A DNA stretch of 64,000 nt from Candidatus Bathyarchaeota archaeon (GTDB lineage: Archaea > Thermoproteota > Bathyarchaeia > TCS64): positions 960,915 through 1,024,914 of the forward strand of contig CAVYLP010000006.1 of assembly GCA_963769425.1 (NCBI GenBank). The letters run 5' to 3'. This document shows, in pieces, positions 9,645-19,861 of the stretch (position 1 is its first letter; every line of letters starts with the position of its first letter). The position numbers and the translations under genes were made by a program. The notes beneath the pieces are model-generated. The model ran no database searches. It was given only the letters and a program-made list of their open reading frames with translations, and was not told the origin of the DNA.

Positions 9645-10091
9645 ATGGCAGCCTTCGACAATGAAGAAGAAGCGGGGCCGATGAAGATCGGAGACCTCAA
9701 CCAATACTCGCGCCAGATCAACGTAGTCGTCAAGGTCATCAGCAAGACCGACGTACGCGAGGTAGTAACCAGAAACGATGAGACCCAGCACAAGGTCTGC
9801 GAGGCACTAGTCGCCGACGACACCGGCGCTATATACCTCACCCTCTGGGACGACGCCGTCGAAAAGGTCCAGGAGGACCAGATACTCTCCGTCAAAAACG
9901 CTTACATGAACACCTTCAAGGGAAGCATGAGGATGAACATCGGCAGATACGGCAGCTACGACGTCCTCGAGGAGGCCCCTTGGGAGGAGATCAACCTCGA
10001 GAATAACTTGTCCGCCAAGCAGGTCGAGTACGATGGCGGCAACAGGGGCGGGAGCTTCGGCGGGCGCCCCAACGGCGGTCGCAGGTACTAA
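9645..10091 (+). CDS. ssb: Single-stranded DNA-binding protein (single OB fold, crenarchaeal type)
   Basis: VADDTGAIYLTLWD, NAY..FKG.M..NIGRYG, Gly/Arg-rich tail. Confidence 0.88.
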   Translation: MAAFDNEEEAGPMKIGDLNQYSRQINVVVKVISKTDVREVVTRNDETQHKVCEALVADDTGAIYLTLWDDAVEKVQEDQILSVKNAYMNTFKGSMRMNIGRYGSYDVLEEAPWEEINLENNLSAKQVEYDGGNRGGSFGGRPNGGRRY

Positions 10092-10130
10092 GCCCAACCT
10101 ATTTATTTTAACCAGCACCTTTCTCCAGCT

Positions 10131-10625
10131 ATGTCTGAGATAGTGATACTCGAAACCACAAAGGGCAACATAGAGATCGAGCTCAACAGGGACAAAGCCC
10201 CCGTCACCGTCGACAACTTCGTGAAGTACGTGAAGGAGGGCTTCTTCGACGGCACCATCTTCCACCGAGTCATCCCCGGCTTCATGATCCAAGGCGGAGG
10301 CTTCACCCCCGATGGCCAGCAGAAGAGGACCCACCAGCCCATACGCCTCGAGTCCAAAAACGGCCTCAAGAACACCAAGGGCACAATCGCCATGGCCCGC
10401 ACGAACGACCCCGACTCCGCCACAAGCCAGTTCTTCATAAACCTCATAGACAACAGCTTCCTAAACGCGTCCCTGGGCAGCCAGGGCTACGCCGTCTTCG
10501 GAGTCGTTACAGTTGGCATGGAGACCGTCGACGCCATCGCAACCGCCAAGACCGCCACACGCGGCCCACACGGCGACTGGCCAAAGGAAGACATCGCCAT
10601 CAAGCGCGCCTTCATGAAGGCGTGA
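10131..10625 (+). CDS. Cyclophilin-type peptidyl-prolyl isomerase
   Basis: FHRVIPGFMIQGGG, AMART..PDSATSQFFIN. Confidence 0.95.
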   Translation: MSEIVILETTKGNIEIELNRDKAPVTVDNFVKYVKEGFFDGTIFHRVIPGFMIQGGGFTPDGQQKRTHQPIRLESKNGLKNTKGTIAMARTNDPDSATSQFFINLIDNSFLNASLGSQGYAVFGVVTVGMETVDAIATAKTATRGPHGDWPKEDIAIKRAFMKA

Positions 10626-10666
10626 ATCACTTTTAAGCGGACACCTGCCCCATTCTACCGATACAC

Positions 10667-11572
10667 ATGGTCGAGAACCTACACGTAGCCATCGATAAAT
10701 TCCCTTACAACGGCCAGTTCGGCCTCAAGGAGATAGGCATACAGGCCGACGCCATAGAGCAGGGCGGGCTACCCGATCTTCTAAAGAAGAAGGGCTGCAC
10801 CGTCGCCGAGGCATTCAACACGAAGCTCACACCCGACGAGGAGAAGCAGTACGGTGAGATGCGCCGTATGGGCCTCGCCAGCAAGCACCTCGCCGACGCT
10901 GTCTCTGCCCAACTCAAGGCGGGGATGCTCCCCCTAGGCCTCCTCCAGAACTGCAACGGTCTCATGGGCATGCTCGCCGGACTCCAGCACAGCGAGGGCT
11001 GGAAGCCCATCAAGGTCGGCCTCGTCTACATAGACGCACACGGCGACTTCAACACCCCCGAGACCACCTACAGCGGCATGCTCGGAGGCATGCCAGTCGC
11101 CATAAGCTGCGGCCTCTGCCACGACATGCTCCGCCGCACATGCGGCCTCGACCCCGCTCTACCCACCAAGTACGTCACGATGGTCGGCGTACGCGACACC
11201 GACCCCTACGAACAGGAGTCCATAGACCGCTACGACATCGCCCAGATCACAGTCGACGACCTACGCAGCAGCAGCCCAGCCGTCGACATGGAGATGGAGC
11301 GCCTAAGCACCCTCTGCGACAAGATATACGTGCACGTCGACATGGACGTCCTCGACCCGGTCGACATCCCCGGCGCAGGTCTGCCTGTTGCTAACGGCCC
11401 GACGGCGAAGGAGCTGGCGGACGCTATTGAGGTCATGTTCGAGTACCCCAAGGCATGCGCCTTCGGCGTAGCCAGCTACCCAGCCGCCCGCGACACGGAG
11501 AAGAAGGGGCTAAAATCCGTTTACGCCCTCATCGAGGGCGCGATAAAAGGGGCACAGAACCGGGTCGACTAG
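10667..11572 (+). CDS. Arginase/ureohydrolase-family protein
   Basis: DAHGDFNTP and HVDMDVLDP metal motifs. Confidence 0.88.
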   Translation: MVENLHVAIDKFPYNGQFGLKEIGIQADAIEQGGLPDLLKKKGCTVAEAFNTKLTPDEEKQYGEMRRMGLASKHLADAVSAQLKAGMLPLGLLQNCNGLMGMLAGLQHSEGWKPIKVGLVYIDAHGDFNTPETTYSGMLGGMPVAISCGLCHDMLRRTCGLDPALPTKYVTMVGVRDTDPYEQESIDRYDIAQITVDDLRSSSPAVDMEMERLSTLCDKIYVHVDMDVLDPVDIPGAGLPVANGPTAKELADAIEVMFEYPKACAFGVASYPAARDTEKKGLKSVYALIEGAIKGAQNRVD

Positions 11573-12853
11573 ACCACTAGGGTCTCCCGCTCGACCCGCC
11601 TCTTCCCCGACGCTCGAGGTCGCTGCACTTGAAGCCACGGCCGCCAAAGAGGGTCGCGTACTCCTTCTCCTCGTTCACCGCGTCGACTATGCGGCCGAGG
11701 GCGTCGCTCTTCATGATGCCGCTGCCGCTCGCGGCGCCGACGTAGATGATGCCCGGCCCCGCCTCGACCACCGGCGTCTGGTCGAAGCCGTTTATCGCGT
11801 ACTGTCCCGCCCAGCTGTTCGCGGGGCGCACGTCCTCGAAGCAGGGCAGGTACTGGACAAGGGCGTGGTAGATGTTGTTGCTGTAGTAGTCGTCCTCAGG
11901 CTTCGGGTCGTCCTCCAGCTCGAACTTGCGCCCGAGGTTGTCGGCACAGGCGAGCCAGATACTCTCCTCCGAGACCTCCGCCCTTCAGTAGTATCCCCGC
12001 CGTCGGCAGTATCGTGACTGGGAGCTTGTTGTCCTCGTTGAAGTCCTTCGTGTTCAGGAGCCTGCGTGAGCTTCGGGTCCTTGAATGCGAATATCTGCCT
12101 CTTCTTCGGCCTCATCAGGCAGTCGAAGCCTATGGGGTCGAGGACCTTGCCCGCCCAGGTGCCGCATGCGACGACGGTCGTCTCCGCGAGAATCCGCCCC
12201 TTGGACGTGTCCGCACCGGCGATGCGGCTCTCCTGCCAGACGAAGGGCTCACCGGGTATACCGAGGGGCTCAACGGGGTCGTGGAGCAGCTTCGTCGCCT
12301 CTGTGTTGTAGTGTATCTCGCCGCCGATCTTCAGGAACTCCGCCTCATAAGCCTTGACGAGCCTGTCCACGTCGACGCTCCCGCAGTTCGGGCCGAAGAC
12401 ACCCATCTCGACGTCCTCCAGCCCCATCATCTGGGAGTCCTCGCTGTCGTCGAACTCGGTGACGAGGTCGGGCATCATCTGCTTCAGTTCCTCGCTGCTG
12501 TACTCTAGTACGCGTGCCCCCCTCTTCTTGGCGACGTCGAAGGGTTCGCGGCGCTGCCTATACTCGTCCTCGGGCAGGAGCCAGAGGTAGCCGAGCTCGT
12601 GCAGCCCTATGTCGTACTCTAGGTCCTCCTGCAGGTGGTGGAACCAGTCTATGGTCGAGTCCGCGAGGAGATAGTTTGTCTCGCTCGCGAAGAGGTTACG
12701 GTACCCCCCCTCGCTCTTCGCGCTGTTGCCCTGGCCGGGGCCGCTCAGCTTCTCGACGACTATGACCTTGCGCGAGGGGTCGCGCTTCTTCAGGTAGTAT
12801 GCGGAGCTCAGTCCCAGGACTCCGGCGCCGACGACGAGGACGTCAGTCTCCAA
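11569..12853 (-). CDS. FAD-dependent oxidoreductase (DAO/sarcosine oxidase beta/proline dehydrogenase family), ~4 single-base insertions
   Basis: TTG start then TDVLVVGAGVLG; SWAGQY; SGSGIMKSDALGR; frame restored by removing extra bases near 12063, 11982 and the 3' end. Confidence 0.8.
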
Positions 12854-12994
12854 AGCTCTCTTCGATAAGCGTGTCGGCTGGATGAATAATAGACTATCCC
12901 CGAGGGGACTCGCGTCAAAATTCATTTCATCTACGTTGAGATTGTCGCAGGTGGCGCGATAACGTAATATCCCCTCCGTGGAGTACACCCCGAC

Positions 12995-13918
12995 ATGTCC
13001 GCGAAGGCAGCGAAGGAAGAGAACGTGATAGTCCCGAAGGGTTGGTGGGAGAGCCTCCCACGCAAGGTCTACTCCAAGCTTGAGAGGGTGAAGACGAGCC
13101 AGCCGTGGTTCGAGGTCTACAGGCTCAACCCGAAGACCTACGCTATCTACGAGCCCTACCAGTTCGAGGAGACGCTCAGCTACCTCGTCGAGGGCGACAA
13201 GAAGGCGATCCTCATCGACACCGGCGACGGCATCGGCGACATAAAGAAGCTCGCGGAGGAGCTGACGAAGATGCCCTTCTGGGTGGTTAACACCCACACG
13301 CACGTCGACCACGTGGCCCAGGACTACATGTTCAAGGAGGTCTGGTGCTACGACGGCCCTATGGCGCACGAAACGGAGAAGACGGGGTACCCGAACAGCA
13401 AGACGGCGCCCATGGTGGGCCCTGGGATGACGTGGAAGCCGCTCCCCAAGGGCTTCGACGCCAAGAAGTGGGTCGTGCCCCCCTACAAGGTGACTCACTG
13501 GATGAAGGATGGCGAGGTCATCGACCTCGGCGGCAGGAAGCTCGAGGTCATCTACACACCTGGTCACAGCAACGACCACGCTGCGCTCCTCGACAGGAAG
13601 AACCGCTGGCTCTGGACGGGCGACATCTTCTACACCGGCGGCATCTACACCTACCTCCCCGGCGGCGACCTCGACCAGTTTATAAAGAGCTACGAGAGGA
13701 TGATCAAGCTCTTCCCCGAGTACGACTCCCTGATGCCTAGCCACAACGAGCCGATGGTGCCGAAGGAGGTTCTAGCCACGGTGCTTGAGAAGGCGAAGCT
13801 GATCCGCGCCGATAAGGAGAAGAAGTACACCGAGGGTATGGATGGCAAGGAGAAGATAAGGCGCTACCAGTATGACAACTTCGCCATCATCTGCTTCGAG
13901 AAGCAGATCAAGGGCTAA
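12995..13918 (+). CDS. MBL-fold metallo-hydrolase
   Basis: THTHVDH, TPGHS, TGD, PSH. Confidence 0.9.
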   Translation: MSAKAAKEENVIVPKGWWESLPRKVYSKLERVKTSQPWFEVYRLNPKTYAIYEPYQFEETLSYLVEGDKKAILIDTGDGIGDIKKLAEELTKMPFWVVNTHTHVDHVAQDYMFKEVWCYDGPMAHETEKTGYPNSKTAPMVGPGMTWKPLPKGFDAKKWVVPPYKVTHWMKDGEVIDLGGRKLEVIYTPGHSNDHAALLDRKNRWLWTGDIFYTGGIYTYLPGGDLDQFIKSYERMIKLFPEYDSLMPSHNEPMVPKEVLATVLEKAKLIRADKEKKYTEGMDGKEKIRRYQYDNFAIICFEKQIKG

Positions 13919-14228
13919 GCTTGTAGGTACGCCTTGTAATATCGCGACTAGCGATTTTGAAGGAGCTATTCCCCCCTTCTTAATTAGCATATTCTACAGG
14001 TACGAATAGCTAAGCTATCAGATAGTTGAGGATATTTGCCCGCTGACGACCTTCTCCTTAGGCGAAAACAAGTTACTAAATATTAAGACAGTCTCCGAAG
14101 GTTATATCAATATCAGAGGCGGATTCAAGTGTTATTATCAATTATTGAGTTTGTATGAAGGATTCAGTATGGTCATCTTCTACCTGAGCCCGATAGGATA
14201 ATATCACTCGAGCCACTGTTATCGCGCC

Positions 14229-15137
14229 ATGGCATACTCCAAGAACACCGATGCGGGACTCATCGTGCCAAAGAAATGGTATGAGTCCCTCCCGCGCGCG
14301 AGCTGGAGCCGCTTCGAGAAGGTTGAGACCAGCCAACCCTGGTTCAGTGTCTACGAGACCACCCCCGAGACCTACGCTCTCTACGAGGACGGCCAGTTCG
14401 AGGAGGTCATCAGCTACCTCGTCATAGGAGAGGACACCGCCGCCCTCATCGACACGGGCAACGGCATCGGTGACATTAAGTCGCTCGTCGAGGAGCTCAC
14501 CGACCTACCCATCATTGTTGTGAACACACACGCACACCTTGACCACACCGGAGGCAACTCCACCTTCGATGAGATCGCGCTCTACGACCACCCCTGGGCG
14601 CGAGCGAGGACGAAAGGCAGGCCACACGAGGGCATCGACGTCGGCAACTACATCAGCGAGGGCATGGTCTGGAAGCCCCTCCCCAGGAACGTAGACCCCG
14701 CAACGTGGCACACCGACCCATTCACCGTCACGAAGTGGATGAAGGAGGGTGACAAGATCGACCTCGGCGGGAAGGAACTTGAGGTGATACACACCCCAGG
14801 CCACACCCCCGACAGCGTCTGCCTCCTAGAGAGCCGCGAGCGCCTACTCTTCACAGGCGACATATTCTACCCCGCCCCCATCTACATCTACTCCCCCGAC
14901 TCCGACATCAACGAGTTCATCAGCAGCTTCCGCAAGATGGTCAAGGCCGACTACGACTATGCCATGCCCGCACATAACGAGACGATGGTTGATAAGAAGG
15001 TAGTAGAGGACGTCCTGAACGCCATCGAGGCGATAAAGGCTGGGAAGGCGGGCTCCTACAAGACGGGCGTCGCCAACGGCATCAAGGTGCGCAGGTACGA
15101 CTACCCCAGATTCGCCCTCATCGTCCGCGATGAATAG
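14229..15137 (+). CDS. MBL-fold metallo-hydrolase (tandem paralog)
   Basis: THAHLDH, TPGHT, TGD, PAH; colinear with the previous gene. Confidence 0.9.
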   Translation: MAYSKNTDAGLIVPKKWYESLPRASWSRFEKVETSQPWFSVYETTPETYALYEDGQFEEVISYLVIGEDTAALIDTGNGIGDIKSLVEELTDLPIIVVNTHAHLDHTGGNSTFDEIALYDHPWARARTKGRPHEGIDVGNYISEGMVWKPLPRNVDPATWHTDPFTVTKWMKEGDKIDLGGKELEVIHTPGHTPDSVCLLESRERLLFTGDIFYPAPIYIYSPDSDINEFISSFRKMVKADYDYAMPAHNETMVDKKVVEDVLNAIEAIKAGKAGSYKTGVANGIKVRRYDYPRFALIVRDE

Positions 15138-15173
15138 CCACCATCTTTTAAACATCTACGCCAACTCTCAACC

Positions 15174-15806
15174 GTGGCCCAAGAGAGCATACACGTCGTC
15201 CCGCACAAGGTCGCGGGACTCATCCCGTTGGTCAACTCCTTCATAGCCGAGGGGGAGGACCTCGTCCTCATCGATACGGGCCTGAACGATGGCTCGGGGC
15301 GGAGCATCGTCAAGAGACTCGAAGCCCTCAACCACAAGCTGTCCGACGTGGACCTCTGCATCATCACACACGCCCACCGGGACCACGTCGGCGGCCTAAG
15401 GGCACTCAAGGAGACTCGGTCACCCTTCCTTGTCGCCGCCCACGAATCGGAGGCCGACGACGTCGAGAAGGCGACGGGCATAGAGGTCGACCTCCGCCTC
15501 ATCGACGGCCAGTCCGTCGGCGGATTCACTGTCATCTACGTGCCCGGCCACACCCTCGGGAGCATCGCACTACTCCGCGGGGACACCCTGATAACAGGGG
15601 ACGCCCTCAACGGCGGGGGCACCGAGCTCAAGGGCCCCAACCCCATGTTCTCCAAAGACCGCGAACTCGCCGAGGCGAGCGCCCGAAGCCTCGCCAGCTT
15701 CGACTTCGACAGGGTCCTTGTCGGCCACGGCAGCGGGGTCGAGAAGGGGGGCAAGGAGGCGCTCCTCAGGCTCATTGAGCGCATGGGCGAGCCAGGCTCC
15801 ACCTAG
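15174..15806 (+). CDS. MBL-fold metallo-hydrolase (glyoxalase II-like)
   Basis: THAHRDHVGG, PGHT.GS, GD, GHG. Confidence 0.88.
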   Translation: MAQESIHVVPHKVAGLIPLVNSFIAEGEDLVLIDTGLNDGSGRSIVKRLEALNHKLSDVDLCIITHAHRDHVGGLRALKETRSPFLVAAHESEADDVEKATGIEVDLRLIDGQSVGGFTVIYVPGHTLGSIALLRGDTLITGDALNGGGTELKGPNPMFSKDRELAEASARSLASFDFDRVLVGHGSGVEKGGKEALLRLIERMGEPGST

Positions 15807-15850
15807 CCGAGATAATTTCAATAATCCACAGGGAGGGCTTCTAGACCACA

Positions 15851-17017
15851 TTGGCGGACCCGAGGGGCAGGCTACTGAACCTACTCATGGTGGTCCAGAT
15901 GGCCGGAAGCTTCAGGATGGGGATAGTCGCCCCCATCCTCGCCCTCCTGATACGGAGGCACGGCGTCTCAATCATAGAGATAGGGGTCCTCGGCGTCGCC
16001 GGGATGCTCGGATGGCTCATATTCGAGCCCCTCTCCGGCGTCATCTCCGACAGGGTCAACAGGCGCTTCATGATCGCCTTCTCCATTGTCTCCACCTCCA
16101 TAATCTACCTCCTATACCCCTTCGCGACCGAGTTCAGCCATTTCCTCATACTCGCCTTCGCCCTCTCAAGCTTCTCCTCCGCCTCAAGCGTTCCCACCCG
16201 GGCCCTCCTCTCCGAGCTTCTGCCCAACACTGGTCGCGGGCACACCTACGGGAGGTACATGGCCATCGTAAGCGGCAGCTCTGTAATCGCCCCCTTCGTC
16301 GGTGGCTACGTCTCGGACGCGATCGGCTACTCCCTCCCCTTCTACGCTGCCGGCGGAGTGGGTGTTGTATCCCTCATAGCCATCATACTCATGGGGAGAC
16401 TCCCCGAGGCCGAGAAGAAGGAGAAGCCCAAGACGAGCCTCAGTGACGTCCTAAATGGCAACCTCGTCAGCATATACCTGGTTAGGGGCCTCTACTTCTT
16501 CAACTCCCCCTTTAGGAGCAACTTCCTCCCCATACTCCTGAATGAGAGCACGAGCCTCAGGGCCACCGAGACCGAGATCGGGACGTATATGACCATCGTC
16601 AGCTTCACTGCCGCGGTCTCGCAGGCGTTCCTCGGCGACCTCATCGACCGCGTGGGCAGCGGGAAGATAGTCGCCGCCGTCTGCGGCCTGCTCGCCCTCA
16701 GCTACCTCGGGATGCTCGCGGCGAGCTGGATACCTGTGCTCTTCGCCATCGGCGCCCTCCAGGGCGTCCTACAGGCAGGGGCGGACACAAGCATGATGAT
16801 GCACTTAATTGGCCTGCAGAGCAATGGGAAGACCGGCGTGGTGATGGGGCTGTACTCCGAGTCTGAGGACATCGGTGGCATCGTCGCGAACCCCGCCCTC
16901 GGCTACGTCTACACGGGCTTCGGGCCCCTCTCCTCGCTAATCCTCGTATCCGGCGTGCTCCTCCTCGCCGCCGGCATCTCCGTTACGAGACTCAGGACCA
17001 CTCAGACACCGTCTTAA
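15851..17017 (+). CDS. MFS transporter
   Basis: GVISDRVNRR and GDLIDRVG motif A; about 12 hydrophobic segments. Confidence 0.88.
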   Translation: MADPRGRLLNLLMVVQMAGSFRMGIVAPILALLIRRHGVSIIEIGVLGVAGMLGWLIFEPLSGVISDRVNRRFMIAFSIVSTSIIYLLYPFATEFSHFLILAFALSSFSSASSVPTRALLSELLPNTGRGHTYGRYMAIVSGSSVIAPFVGGYVSDAIGYSLPFYAAGGVGVVSLIAIILMGRLPEAEKKEKPKTSLSDVLNGNLVSIYLVRGLYFFNSPFRSNFLPILLNESTSLRATETEIGTYMTIVSFTAAVSQAFLGDLIDRVGSGKIVAAVCGLLALSYLGMLAASWIPVLFAIGALQGVLQAGADTSMMMHLIGLQSNGKTGVVMGLYSESEDIGGIVANPALGYVYTGFGPLSSLILVSGVLLLAAGISVTRLRTTQTPS

Positions 17018-17042
17018 ATCCCCGGCAGCACCCCTACGATCC

Positions 17043-17975
17043 ATGCTAAAGCAGGTCATAGACGCCATGGAGCTCCTCGACTCCGCCAAGGTGACGGGGA
17101 GGGACGTCGAAGTCCTCCTCAGAGCGAGAGGGCTCGAGGACATAATCGTCAAGACCCTCCGCGGAGAGAGGGGGAAGACCGACTTCATCATGGTAAGGAT
17201 TCCGGGCGCCCGTGGGAAATCCGTTAAGGGGGACGCGCCGACCCTCGGAGTTCTGGGCCGCCTCGGCGGCGTGGGTGCGAGGCCCGAGATGATTGGCCTC
17301 GTATCCGACGCGGACGGCGCTATCACGGCGGTCGCCACTGCGCTGAAGCTCGCCGACATGAGGGCAAAGGGCGATGCGCTCCCCGGGGACGTCGTAATCG
17401 GGACGCACATCTGCCCGGACGCCCCCACCCTCCCCCACAAACCCGTCCCATTCATGGGCTCCCCCGTAGCCTTCGCCGACATCGGTCGCGAGGAGGTAGC
17501 CCCGGATATGGACGCTATACTCAGCGTCGACACCACGAAGGGCAACAGGATAGCCAAGTGGAGGGGCTTCGCCATAACCCCAACTGCTAAGGAGGGCTGG
17601 CTTCTCAAGGTCAGCGACGACCTACTCACTATCATGGAGATAGTCACCGGGAGGACTGCTCGCGTCTGCCCTCTCACCACCCAGGACATAACTCCCTACG
17701 GCAACGGAATCGACCACATCAACAGCATAATGCAGCCGTGCACCGCCACAGACAAGCCCGTCGTCGGCGTCGCCATAACTACCGAGTCGACCGTCCCCGG
17801 CTCCGCCACCGGAGCAAGCCACCCGGAGGACATCGAGGAGGCGACCCGCTTCTGCGTCGAGGTCGCAAAGGCATACGGCAAGGGCCTATGCAGCTTCTAC
17901 AACGCCGAGGAGTGGCGGCTCATTGAGAAGAAGTATGGCCCACTCAAGCTCCTCCAGACACCCGGCCGCGCCTAG
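17043..17975 (+). CDS. DUF1177 family protein
   Basis: GRLGGVGARP..GLVSDADGA, SVDTTKGNR, DITPYGNG..HINSI.QP. Confidence 0.85.
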   Translation: MLKQVIDAMELLDSAKVTGRDVEVLLRARGLEDIIVKTLRGERGKTDFIMVRIPGARGKSVKGDAPTLGVLGRLGGVGARPEMIGLVSDADGAITAVATALKLADMRAKGDALPGDVVIGTHICPDAPTLPHKPVPFMGSPVAFADIGREEVAPDMDAILSVDTTKGNRIAKWRGFAITPTAKEGWLLKVSDDLLTIMEIVTGRTARVCPLTTQDITPYGNGIDHINSIMQPCTATDKPVVGVAITTESTVPGSATGASHPEDIEEATRFCVEVAKAYGKGLCSFYNAEEWRLIEKKYGPLKLLQTPGRA

Positions 17976-18023
17976 CTCCCAGCGCCCTTTTAAACAACGC
18001 AACCCAAAACCTAACCGAAGAAC

Positions 18024-18488
18024 ATGTTGTTCAAAAAGATACTCGTCGCCTACGATGGCTCCGAGCAGGCGAAGCGCGCCATCGACTACGCTGCCGACAT
18101 GGCGAACACCTGCGGGGGGGCGCTCGTCGTCCTCACCGTCGTCCCGAGGGTTACACTGCCCGTCTTCCCCGAGGAGGGATACGGCGTCGCTCCCCTCACC
18201 ACCGCCCAAGATTTCGGGGACTACCAAGACAAGATGCGCGCCATGTACCAGATGAGCCAAAAAGAGGTGATGAAGGACATAGCTGAGCACTTCCCCAAGC
18301 TCCAAGCTGAGGCAATACTCCTAGAGGGCAGGCCAAGCGCCACTATCGTTGAGCAAGCGGAGAAGAACGGCATCGACCTAATAGTCATGGGAAGCCGCGG
18401 CATCGGGGGCATAAGTGGCTGGATACTAGGCTCCACCAGCAGGCGCGTCGTCGAGTCCTGCACCAAGCCCGTTCTCGTCATCAAGTAG
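18024..18488 (+). CDS. Universal stress protein
   Basis: KKILVAYDGS, DLIVMGSRG, LGSTS..V....KPVLVIK. Confidence 0.93.
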   Translation: MLFKKILVAYDGSEQAKRAIDYAADMANTCGGALVVLTVVPRVTLPVFPEEGYGVAPLTTAQDFGDYQDKMRAMYQMSQKEVMKDIAEHFPKLQAEAILLEGRPSATIVEQAEKNGIDLIVMGSRGIGGISGWILGSTSRRVVESCTKPVLVIK

Positions 18489-18537
18489 TGGGGGCAACCC
18501 TTTTTCGCCACCGGCGTCAAAGAATAGCCGACCCCGA

Positions 18538-19428
18538 ATGGAGGCGCAGGAGGAGTACATAAAGGCCGGCAAGATCGCCGCGAAGGTCCGAGAGCAGATA
18601 CGCGGCGAGGTAAAACCCGGCATCAAGGCCATCGACATCTGCGAGCGCGTCGAGAACCTCACGAGGCAGCTCGGCGGCGGTATCGCCTTCCCATGTGACG
18701 TTAACATAAACCAGGTAGCCGCACATTACTGCTCCCCCCTCGGAGACCAGACCACAATCCAGCAGGGTCAGATGGTAAAGGTAGACCTCGGCGTACACGT
18801 GGACGGGTATATAGCCGACACCGCCGTCACCATCTGCCTCGACCCAGCCCTCACCCAGATGGTGAAGGCCGCGGAGGAGGCACTCGCCATCGCAATAAAG
18901 ACTGTGAAGGCCGGAGCACGCGCCTCCGACATCGGCGCCACGATAGAGCACACCATCAAGAACCGCGGCTTCCGACCAATCAAGAACCTCACTGGCCACA
19001 AGATGTCGCGATACATAGTACACGCGGGGAGGAGCATCCCCAACGTCGCCGGTTACGAGCTCCATCGGCTCGAGGAGGACGAGATCTACGCAATAGAACC
19101 CTTTACTGTCCTCAACAATGCCGTCGGCGAGGTAAGAGATGGCCCCCCCAGCAACATCTACCGGTGGGAGAGGAAGAAGAACCTAGAGGGCGTCCCCAAG
19201 CAGATGCTCGCCTTCATACAGCAGGAGTACAGGACCCTCCCCTTCGCGAGCAGGTGGGTATTTAAGAAGTTTCCCGGCCCCGAGGGCGTGAGCGCCTTCT
19301 CGGACCTGCTCAGCAGCCGATGTATAATGGGCTACCCACAGCTGCTCGAGAAAACGGGCGGCCCGGTCGCCCAGGCCGAACACACGGTCATAGTACAGAA
19401 AGATGGTTGCCTGGTCACAACCAGCTAG
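18538..19428 (+). CDS. map: Methionine aminopeptidase type II
   Basis: AAHY, KVDLGVHVDGYIADTA, NLTGH, AIEPF, QAEHT. Confidence 0.95.
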   Translation: MEAQEEYIKAGKIAAKVREQIRGEVKPGIKAIDICERVENLTRQLGGGIAFPCDVNINQVAAHYCSPLGDQTTIQQGQMVKVDLGVHVDGYIADTAVTICLDPALTQMVKAAEEALAIAIKTVKAGARASDIGATIEHTIKNRGFRPIKNLTGHKMSRYIVHAGRSIPNVAGYELHRLEEDEIYAIEPFTVLNNAVGEVRDGPPSNIYRWERKKNLEGVPKQMLAFIQQEYRTLPFASRWVFKKFPGPEGVSAFSDLLSSRCIMGYPQLLEKTGGPVAQAEHTVIVQKDGCLVTTS

Positions 19429-19861
19429 ACTCGTCCTTCTTCTTGCCGTCCTCTTCCTTCTTCCGGGCGATCTTCGTGATCATCATCATGCCATCGCACC
19501 GGGTGCAGGGCTCGTCGTCTTTGAAGACGTAGTCACCCCGCTTGAAGTCGCGGACCCTCTTCTGCTGGCACTTGGGGCACTCGAGGGTCGTGAAGACCTC
19601 GACCTTTTTTATCTCGAGTGGCTCGTTCTTCGCCTGCGTCGGCTTGCCCCTGACAAGCATGTAGCCGATGGCCGCGAAGCCAGCCGCGCCGATGAACATG
19701 TAGATAATGGCTACGTCGGCGTTATCCGGGTAATTGATGAATCCCATGTAGAGGCTGAAGAGGCTGAGCAGACCTACTACGAGGATCGCCGCGTAGGCGA
19801 CCCACGAGACCTGCATCCCAGCTGCTGCCTTAGATCCGTTGCCTGGTTTTTCGCCCATCAC
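19415..19861 (-). CDS. Membrane protein with C-terminal zinc ribbon
   Basis: Two TM segments; ECPKC...FKRGDYV...CTRC. Confidence 0.7.
   Translation of the reverse strand: MMGEKPGNGSKAAAGMQVSWVAYAAILVVGLLSLFSLYMGFINYPDNADVAIIYMFIGAAGFAAIGYMLVRGKPTQAKNEPLEIKKVEVFTTLECPKCQQKRVRDFKRGDYVFKDDEPCTRCDGMMMITKIARKKEEDGKKKDESSWL

Noticed and set aside
11792-13744. 650-aa minus-strand ORF as one protein
   Set aside because: The N-terminal part is antisense to the MBL gene; the real oxidoreductase starts at TTG 12853 and leaves this frame near 12063.
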